Shown piece after piece: positions 55,988 through 64,000 of a DNA stretch of 64,000 nucleotides. A program made the position numbers and the translations under genes. Source of the stretch: Candidatus Latescibacterota bacterium (lineage in GTDB: Bacteria > Latescibacterota > UBA2968 > GCA-2709665); the NCBI GenBank assembly GCA_963662665.2, contig CAXXJS010000019.1, forward strand, positions 1 through 64,000, read 5' to 3'. How positions within the stretch are numbered: position 1 is the stretch's first letter; each line of letters begins with the position of its first letter. The notes under the pieces were generated by a model, which made no database searches, was not told where the DNA came from, and saw only the letters and a program-made list of their open reading frames with translations.

Positions 55988-58900
55988 GTGGATCCGAGAT
56001 TTCTCCTGGAAGATGGCGTTGGGATCTTTACCGGCAATGAGCTCATTGTCAAAGGCGGGCTGGAGCACCGCATGGGTATGCTGACCGGGTATCCCGGTTC
56101 TCCGGTCGCGGAAGTCTTCGATGCTGCGGAACGAATCCGGGAACTGCTGGTTGACAAGGGTGTGGTGGTGCAGATCGCCAACAACGAAGCGCTCAGCGCC
56201 GCGCGGTTGAACGGTACCCAGATGACGCCCGTCCGCGCGATGGCGGTAATGAAGAGTGTGGGTGTACACGTTGCGTCCGACGGGCTTGCGCTGGGAAATA
56301 TGGCGGGTACGGCGCCCGGCGGGGCGGCGGTGGCGGTTTTCGGCGACGATACGTGGTCCGAAGGCACCCAGGTACCGGCCGATTCCCGGTTTATCGCCAG
56401 GCATCTTTTCATGCCCATCCTGGAGCCCAGTACGTTCCAGGAAATAAAAGACTGGATCGGAGTCGCGTTCGATCTTTCAGAAAAAACCCGCCTCTATGTT
56501 GCCTTTCTCATTACCTCCAACCAGGCGGATGGGGGCGGCACCGTTACGGTCGGGCCGAATCGTTTCCCGGACCTGACGGCGCAAACGCCCGTTACCATCG
56601 ACACCAGCTCGATTCCCCTCGACGACCGGGTGATCATTCCGCCCAGCACGGCCGTCAAAGAAGAGGATGTACTTCATCGACGGATGCCGGCGATGCTCGA
56701 ATACGCCCGCGAATACAATCTCAACCGGATTCTGTATCCGCCTGTTTCGGGGAAGAAGCGTATCGGATTCATCAGTTCCAGCCTCGCCTACTGCTACCTG
56801 GAACACGTGATGAATATGGTGGGCCTGGAAGGCAGCATTCCCATTTTGAAATATGGTCTGACGCATCCCGTGGACCCTGAAATTCTAAAGGCCTTCGTAT
56901 CTCTGGTCGACGATATATACGTGGTTGAAGAGAAGCGCGGGTTTCTGGAAGGGCAGGTCACGGGTGCTTTGCAGGGATTGCATCAGGATGGCGAGATCGG
57001 CCCGTTCCGCATCTGGGGGAAGCGCTTTCCAAAGGGTCAACCGGGTTTTCCGGACAGCAAGGGTATGAATCCATCCATACTGCTCCAGGCGTTGGCGCCC
57101 ATACTGTTGGACCTGGACGACGCCACAGTGCCAATCGACCGGGAGCGGATTGCGAGGGAGGTCGATCTCGTTAACGAAACGGCCGACTACCAGGTGCAGG
57201 CGGCCGTTCGCACCCCCTCCTTCTGCCCGGGCTGCCCGCATCGGGATTCGGCCAGTGTGTTGAATCGGGTCATCGACGATTTCGGCAGTACGGATTATAT
57301 GCGGAAACACCATCAGAGAGACCCCGCCGACCTGGTGTTTCATGGAGATATCGGCTGTTATTCCCTGTTGAAATACAAGCCCTTTGACCGGCTCATGCAC
57401 AATTTGTCCGGGATGGGGCTGGGCGGGGGGTACCGGCGCCGGTATCGATCCGTATATCGACAACAAGCAGCTTGTCTTTATGGGAGACTCGACCTTCTTT
57501 CACAGCGGAATGGCGGCGATTTCCGATTCGATAAAACACGGCCAGGACATTACCTACGTCATCCTGGACAACAAGACAACGGCAATGACAGGCCACCAGC
57601 CCACGCCGGGAGTAGACGTGGATATCCTGGGCAAGCCGACATTCGCCCAGGATATCGAACAAGTTGTACGCGGCATGGCCGGCACGGGGGACAGCGTGTA
57701 TATTGCGCGTATGAATCCGGCGGAACGGACGTCCTACCGGCAGACACTGGAGAGCGCGCTATTGAAGGACGGCGTTAAGATCGTTATCGCCGACAAGGAG
57801 TGTGGAATCACGTTCCACCGCAGGCAGCGCTCATTGCAGAACGAGATTGTGCGCCATAAGGGATATCTTCCCGAGGAACGGCATATCAACGTCACGCCGG
57901 AGGTCTGCGAATATTGCCTCGAGTGCACGCGTGCAACCGGCTGCAGCGGATTGACGGTCGAGGAGACGTTGCACGGGCCGAAGATCGCCACGGATCTCTC
58001 CCTGTGTGTGGCGGACGGAGCATGCACCAGGGTGACCGTTTCAAATGGCGATGGCACCTGCCCGTCGTTTGAGGAGGTCATTATAAAACGTACCAGGCCG
58101 GCGCAAAGAGAGACGGAAGCCGTCGACCTTTCGAATTTGCCTGCGCCGGAAGTGAAAGCATTCAACGCCACCTGGTACGCGTACATTGCCGGGGTGGGCG
58201 GCATGGGCATCAATACCATCGCCGCGATTCTCTCCGTAGCCGGCGCACGGCAGGGTTATACCGTTCGGTTTACCAATAAGAAGGGGCTGGCCATCCGAAA
58301 CGGGGCAGTGTATTCACATGTGAGTTTTGCGAAGGGCGACCGCGTGATTTCTCAAATCACGCCGTATGGGCATGCCGATCTGCTACTCGGCCTGGATATC
58401 CTCGAGGCTGTGCGCGGGCTGGAATCCATGGGTAACGGGCGAGTGGCCAGCCCGGGACATACGACCGCGGTGGTGGAGACAGGCAAGCGGCACACGGTAC
58501 TGACACTTACGGGCCAGGACGAATTTGACACGTCCGAACTGGAGGACGTGCTGAAGCGGCACACGAAGTCCGACGGGTATTTCGGGATGGCACTGGGGGA
58601 GGTTTCGGAGCGTTTCCTGGGCAACAAGATCTATGCCAACAGCATCCTTCTCGGTGTTGCCTTTCAGCGGGGCGTATTGCCGCTGGAACTGGAACACATA
58701 AAATGGTCGATGGAGCGTAACATCAAACGCAGCGATCTCGAGCCCAATCTGAAAGCGTTCGACCTCGGGCGTAAAATCGCCGTCGATCCGGAAGCCGTGG
58801 CACAGGAGAAACCAGCACTTTCCTGCGGGGAATTGATCGAAGACAAGGCTGGCATTCTCGAACGCGGAAAGGGCAGGAGCGCGCGCGCCGCTTTTCTTGA

Positions 58901-59594
58901 ATTGGCGTCCACGGTGGAGCTATTGCCTCTGGATGAAGAGGACCGCCTGCAGTTTGCCCTTGGCGTATACGATCTGATGCAGTGGGACGGAGCGGACTAC
59001 GCCAGGTCTTACGTACGACGGGTGCGGAAGGTGTTCAAGTGCGACCGGCCGGAGGAGGGGTACGAGGCAACCCGGGCGGTCATCAGGTACCTGCCTCGCG
59101 TAATGGCTTACAAAGATGAAGTGTACGTCGCGCATCTGCTGACGAGCGAAGAGAAATACCGGCGCGATTGCGAGCGATACAAAGTGTGCGCCGAGCGCGG
59201 AGACCGGATTGCGTACCGCCACTTCAACAGAGGTAATTTCAACATTCTGGGATTCAACGTCTACCTCAAACTGACAACCCGGGATTGGATGCTGAAGCTG
59301 ATGAAACGCATGAAGTTTCTGCGCAAATTGCTGCCGTCGTGGCATAAGGAGGAGAAAGCTTACCGCGATTGGTACGTCGAGTTCGTCGATCGGTTCGAAT
59401 TCGATCACGAGGAACGGTACGGGGAATATGTCCGCGTGTTCCGGGTGCCGGACGAGGTGCGCGGCTATCGCGAGGTGATCCGTCCCAAAATCGAGGCCGC
59501 GTATCAGGCGGCATCGGCGATGATGGACGGCAACGGACGTCCCCCGGTTACCGAACCCTATCTTTCCATCGAGCCAGTCGCTGAACGGGTCTGA
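55988..59594 (+). pseudogene. Fused indolepyruvate:ferredoxin oxidoreductase (alpha+beta), frameshifted near 57425-57431
   Basis: GYPGSP, NEA, FCPGCPH, GDIGC in the first frame; GTGAG, GDSTFFHSG, CEYCLEC, GVGGMG, YKDEVYVAHLL in the next frame; one extra G in a G6 run. Confidence 0.85.
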
Positions 59595-59615
59595 AACGGA
59601 AGCCGGGACAGAGTT

Positions 59616-60665
59616 ATGTTGAACGTAGGGGTGGCTGGTTTGAGACGCGGGCGAAGCCTCGCAAATACGTTTCAGAACCATCGTGAAACGCGCCTGGCGG
59701 CAATCTGCGAACCGGATACCGAACGGCGGGAACAGGCGTCCGAAGCATTCGGCGTCGATCTGGCGTACGCCGATTTCGACGGATTTCTTGCGGCAGACCT
59801 GGATGTGATTGTCGTCGCGACTCCGGCGCCCCTGCATGCGAAACAATCCATTCGTGCAATGGAGGCCGGAGCACATGTTCTGAGCGAGGTGCCTGCAGCA
59901 TGGACTTTGGAGGAGTGTGACGCGCTGGCCGCGACCGTTCGCAGCACCGGGCGGATCTACATGATGGCGGAGAATATGAACTTCTACCATTATGTCCAGG
60001 ACTGGAAGACAAGAATTCAGTCGGGTGCGATCGGACGTGTCTTCTACGCGGAAGCGGAGTATATACACGATTGCCGGAAACTGATGCGCGGCCAGGGAGG
60101 GCAACTGACCTGGCGGGCGTCGATGCCGCCCATCTACTATTGTACGCATAGCCTGGGTCCGGTGTTGGATATCCTGGACGATCGTTGCGTATCCGCCGTG
60201 GGCATGTCAACCGGCACGCATACCGCACCTGAGATCGGGTCGATTGACATGGAGGTGGGTTTGTTTCGGACGGAGAAGGGATGCGTTATCAAGATCCTTT
60301 GCGGATTTACCGTGACCCGGGAGCCTGCGATGCACTGGCAGGTCTTCTACGGAACCGAGGGAACCCTGGAGAATCGACGGGCGCCGTGGGAAGAGGCTAA
60401 GATTTCCCTTGCGGGGGAGGGGCCGATGGCGACAATCCCGGCTGAAGACTCGGACCCCAACGCGCCCGATGAGGCGCTGGCGGGCGGGCACGGTACCTCT
60501 GAATATTTCATGGTGGACCGGTTCGTGCGGGCCGTAACCGGTCGAGGGCCCGTACCGATAGACGTTTACCGGTCGCTTGACTTTTCAATACCGGGTCTGT
60601 GCGCGCATCTGTCCGCCGAGCGGGGAAGCGTGCCGGTTGACGTGCCGGATTACTGGGTCCATTGA
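59616..60665 (+). CDS. Gfo/Idh/MocA family oxidoreductase
   Basis: VGVAGLRRG, HVLSEVPA, MMAEN, YCTHSLGP, GGHG. Confidence 0.9.
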   Translation: MLNVGVAGLRRGRSLANTFQNHRETRLAAICEPDTERREQASEAFGVDLAYADFDGFLAADLDVIVVATPAPLHAKQSIRAMEAGAHVLSEVPAAWTLEECDALAATVRSTGRIYMMAENMNFYHYVQDWKTRIQSGAIGRVFYAEAEYIHDCRKLMRGQGGQLTWRASMPPIYYCTHSLGPVLDILDDRCVSAVGMSTGTHTAPEIGSIDMEVGLFRTEKGCVIKILCGFTVTREPAMHWQVFYGTEGTLENRRAPWEEAKISLAGEGPMATIPAEDSDPNAPDEALAGGHGTSEYFMVDRFVRAVTGRGPVPIDVYRSLDFSIPGLCAHLSAERGSVPVDVPDYWVH

Positions 60666-60741
60666 GTCCTGCCTGATACAAGACGCCAGGCGACGGAACA
60701 GGCGGGCGAACGCACCGTATTTCGGGTCCTCGTTTGCATTC

Positions 60742-60770
60742 TTGAATCGGTCGACCCGATTGTGTATATT
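60742..60770 (+). promoter_or_regulatory. sigma70-type promoter with palindrome in the spacer
   Basis: TTGAAT-17 bp-TATATT; AATCGG-tcgac-CCGATT overlaps the spacer. Confidence 0.55.
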
Positions 60771-60870
60771 CGACGGGTAATCAGGGGGGAAATTCTGAGA
60801 CGGGTCCGGTCGAAGCCACCGGGGGCCGACAGAATCGAACCCTGTTTTCCAATTTCAAGGAGGGCGTGTT

Positions 60871-62016
60871 TTGGCTGCTAAAGAGTGGACGACGTTCAAT
60901 GCTTCGGGGAGTCTGCGCGTGGTGGGCACCAAGGAGCTTCCTGGCGACCGCTGGCTGAAGATTCTGGAACAGGCGGACTGTTGCGTTGAATACAGTACCT
61001 CCACCCGGATATTGCAGGTGAATGAAATCGAGGCGGCAATCGGCGACAGGTGCGACGCCGTGATCGGGCAGCTTACAGAAGATTGGGGCGAGCCCCTCTT
61101 TTCCGCACTGAAAGCGGCCGGCGGCAGGGCGTACAGCAACTATGCGGTTGGTTACAACAATGTGGACGTGGATGCGGCCACACGGAATGGAATTCCGGTA
61201 GGAAATACGCCCGGCGTATTGACGGAAACCACGGCGGAGATGGCGGTCGCCCTTACGTTTTCGGCCGCGCGCCGCGTGGTAGAGGCCGATGAATATATGC
61301 GCGGCGGCAGGTACGAGGGATGGTTGCCTACCCTGTTCCTCGGGCAGTTGCTGAACCGGAAGACCGTTGGCGTGATCGGCGCAGGACGGATCGGCGCGAC
61401 GTACGCGCGAATGATGGTCGAAGGGTTCAAGATGAACTTTATATATTACGATCCCTATCCCAACGAGTGGCTTGAGAACTACATTCGGAATTACGCGGCG
61501 TTTCTTGAGGGGCAGGGTGAAGAACCGGTAAGCGTTACCCGGGCGCACTCCGTGGCCGAGGTGTTGCGCGAGGCAGACGTGGTCAGCCTGCATCCGCTTC
61601 TCGATCCGTCGACCCACCACCTGATGAACGAGGAAACACTCAACCAGATGAAGCCTGATGCGATTCTCGTGAATGCCAGCCGGGGTCCGGTCATCGACGA
61701 AACCGCGCTCGTGGCGCATTGCGGAAAAAATCCCGACTTCCGTGTAGGTCTCGATGTCTTCGAAGACGAGCCGGAAATGAAACCCGGATTGAATGACTTG
61801 AACAACGTGGTGATTGTTCCCCATATTGCATCGGCAACGAGCTGGACCCGCGAAGGCATGGCAACACTCGCCGCCAGCAACGTGGCCGGCATTCTGAGGG
61901 GCCTTCCCACGTGGGCGGACCAGAACGACATTCTCCCGTTTTTGGGCGACGACGCGCCAAACGCGTGTCCGAGTATTGTGAATGCCGAGGAATTGGGACT
62001 GCCGGTCGCCGGGTAG
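60871..62016 (+). CDS. Hydroxypyruvate reductase / D-glycerate dehydrogenase, plant HPR1-like
   Basis: VIGQLTEDWG, AVGYNNVD, GAGRIG, NASRGPVIDE, PHIASA; TTG start after AAGGAGG. Confidence 0.9.
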   Translation: MAAKEWTTFNASGSLRVVGTKELPGDRWLKILEQADCCVEYSTSTRILQVNEIEAAIGDRCDAVIGQLTEDWGEPLFSALKAAGGRAYSNYAVGYNNVDVDAATRNGIPVGNTPGVLTETTAEMAVALTFSAARRVVEADEYMRGGRYEGWLPTLFLGQLLNRKTVGVIGAGRIGATYARMMVEGFKMNFIYYDPYPNEWLENYIRNYAAFLEGQGEEPVSVTRAHSVAEVLREADVVSLHPLLDPSTHHLMNEETLNQMKPDAILVNASRGPVIDETALVAHCGKNPDFRVGLDVFEDEPEMKPGLNDLNNVVIVPHIASATSWTREGMATLAASNVAGILRGLPTWADQNDILPFLGDDAPNACPSIVNAEELGLPVAG

Positions 62017-62118
62017 AAGAGCAAGTCCAAATGCGGAATATCAGGAATGCAGCGGCGGGGTTCTGCGCAAACCAGGCGTGAAATCCCGCCGCTTCGGTTT
62101 ATTGAGGCACGCCGTCGG

Positions 62119-62976
62119 TCACGCCGTTATCTTTGCGATTGCAATTCCGGATTCACCTGCAACCGAGTAGAGGAGATAGCAGTCGGGCCCCTCGCGGAAG
62201 ATCCCGGGATCACGAAGCTGGCGCACCCGCTCCGGGGACCAGCCGCGCTTCGAGGGTTGCAGAGGCAGGTCGGCGCCTTCGTAGACGGTTTCAGGTTCGA
62301 GGACGACCTCAGCCTTTGACGCCCGCCAGTTCATCCAGTCCGACGTCAGGTCGATTCTGGACACCAGAATGCGTTCGGGGCAGTCGTGCGCGTTGGAATA
62401 GAAGACCGAGAGTGTGCTGTCGTCCAGTTTCAGGGCGGTGTGTCGCTGGTCTTCGGAGAATAGCGAGGGACCTTCGCGGAAGTCCGTGAGGCCATCCCGC
62501 GATCGATAGAAGATGCCGGGCATTCCAAGCGCGTACGTCGCGCGCTGCCACTGGAAGACCCGGAAATAGGAATTGCCGAGGTCTTCCGGGCGAGCGGTGA
62601 AGTGAATCCCGTCGGCAGACCGCGCAACCTTCGACTGTTGGCCGCGGCCCGGTACCGGACCGTGATAGTACATCCTGAATTCACGATTCCCGTCGTCCAC
62701 GTGGACGTCCGGCGAGGCGAGATGGCCCGTCGTGTAGCCGTCGTTCAGGTGCAGTACACCGGGTTCGTACGTCTTCCACGGGCCGGTTAGGCGGTCTGAA
62801 TAGGCGAGGCGGATATACTCGCCTCTATGGTGTGCAAAATAGAGGTAGTATTTCCCGAGGGGATCCGGAAGCCAGTCGGGCGCCAGGACGAGCGACGGGC
62901 CGTTGACGTTGGCTCCCATCCGGGAGTCCATATGCGGGCGGATGATGGGGTTGTTCGGAAGGCGTTCAACGCGCAT
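62119..62976 (-). CDS. Hypothetical protein, five-bladed beta-propeller glycosidase-like
   Basis: NPII, NGPS, YYLYFAHH, HLASPDV, QLRDPGIF, LYSVAGESGIAIA. Confidence 0.7.
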   Translation of the reverse strand: MRVERLPNNPIIRPHMDSRMGANVNGPSLVLAPDWLPDPLGKYYLYFAHHRGEYIRLAYSDRLTGPWKTYEPGVLHLNDGYTTGHLASPDVHVDDGNREFRMYYHGPVPGRGQQSKVARSADGIHFTARPEDLGNSYFRVFQWQRATYALGMPGIFYRSRDGLTDFREGPSLFSEDQRHTALKLDDSTLSVFYSNAHDCPERILVSRIDLTSDWMNWRASKAEVVLEPETVYEGADLPLQPSKRGWSPERVRQLRDPGIFREGPDCYLLYSVAGESGIAIAKITA

Positions 62977-63080
62977 TGGCAATATCTCCCTGAGATCTGC
63001 GGCGAAAACCGACTGTCGCGGCTTACCGGACGGGCGGGGGTTCACCTGAACCGGGGTCTGAAGGCATCGAGAACAGAATC

Positions 63081-64000
63081 AACAGACGCCTGTCGGTTGC
63101 GCCAATGATGGATTGGACGGACAGGCACGAGCGATATTTCCTCAGGTTGTTTTCACGGAACATCCTGCTCTATACCGAGATGATTACCGTGGATGCCGTC
63201 CTTCGCGGTCGACGTGAGCAGCTTCTGAAACATCATCGTCGGGAGCATCCGGTCGCGCTTCAACTGGGAGGGTGCGACCCGGCGGCGCTGGCGCGCTGTG
63301 CGCGGATCGGCGAAGAATTCCAGTATGACGAGGTCAATCTGAACGTCGGATGCCCGAGCGACCGCGTTCAGGCCGGCCGGTTCGGCGCGTGCCTCATGGC
63401 GGAGCCCGAACTGGTCGCCCGGTGCGTGGCGGCGATGCGCGAAGCAGTTGGTGTTCCGGTAACCGTCAAGACAAGGATTGGAATTGATGGCCGGGATACA
63501 TACGCCGACCTCGTCAATTTCGTACGCACCGTTTCCGAAGGCGGATGCCGGACCTTTGTCATCCACGCCAGAAAGGCCTGGCTTCAGGGATTGAGTCCAA
63601 GGCAGAACCGCGAAATCCCGCCATTGCGATACAACGTCGTATATCGGATGAAACAGGACTTCCCGGACCTCGAGGTTATTCTGAACGGAGGAATTACGAC
63701 CCTGGAACAACTGCGCCGGCACCTCGATAACGTCGATGGCGTGATGATCGGGCGCGAGGCCTATCAGAATCCCTATTTTCTGGCTTCCATGGATCAGATG
63801 TTCTACGGCGATACCCGTCCGGTGCCCGGGCGTCGGGAGATTCTGGACCGTTTTTGCGATTACGTCGAAGATCAGTTGCAACAGGGGATGCCGCTGGCTG
63901 GCATGACGCGGCACATCCAGGGCCTTTTCCAGGGAGTGCCGGGGGCTCGAGCCTGGCGCCGCCATCTGAGCGAGAACGCGCACAGGCCTGGATCGGGCGT
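63081..64000 (+). CDS. dusA: tRNA dihydrouridine(20/20a) synthase DusA (partial, runs off the window)
   Basis: Hand translation: RRLSVAPMMDWTDRH, LYTEM, QLGG, NLNVGCPSDRVQ, IHARKAWLQGLSPRQNREIPPL; start not resolved. Confidence 0.93.

Noticed and set aside
60775-60860. Possible ZTP/glycine riboswitch before the HPR gene
   Set aside because: GC-rich hairpins are present but the consensus motifs are not.
63153-63983. 276-aa minus-strand ORF
   Set aside because: Antisense shadow of dusA.

Overview
GC-rich bacterial chromosome segment with about 55 CDS, 2 tRNA genes and no CRISPR array, prophage or transposase. Gene content (GWxTD protein, DUF6785-like membrane protein, TonB receptor, several PhyH and Gfo/Idh/MocA enzymes) suggests an FCB-group organism, possibly Latescibacterota; this is inference only. 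Bases 1-20 kb are accessory-like: a >1430-aa M28-like/FtsX fusion permease with a DUF6785-like partner and an ABC ATPase, sugar oxidoreductases, tRNA-Phe, tRNA-Val, an orphan methyltransferase, an SLC12-type transporter and two PhyH-fold enzymes. Bases 20-64 kb are mostly housekeeping (rlmN, murA, cca, cysC, murD, sigma70, folB-folK-dNK-panB-panC, sodA, rny, nuoI, queG, miaB, lipA, IOR, dusA). Best candidates for undescribed systems: (1) the pseudo-peptidase/FtsX + DUF6785 + ATPase transporter; (2) a halogenase-type HxG Fe/2OG enzyme directly behind a cation-chloride cotransporter homolog; (3) a BpsA-like aminopropyltransferase coupled to a DUF2156 protein. There are also two MITE families (one inserted at start codons, one at stop codons), a plant HPR1-like reductase and a Cys-depleted IscU. 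All family assignments come from motif recognition, not from database searches.
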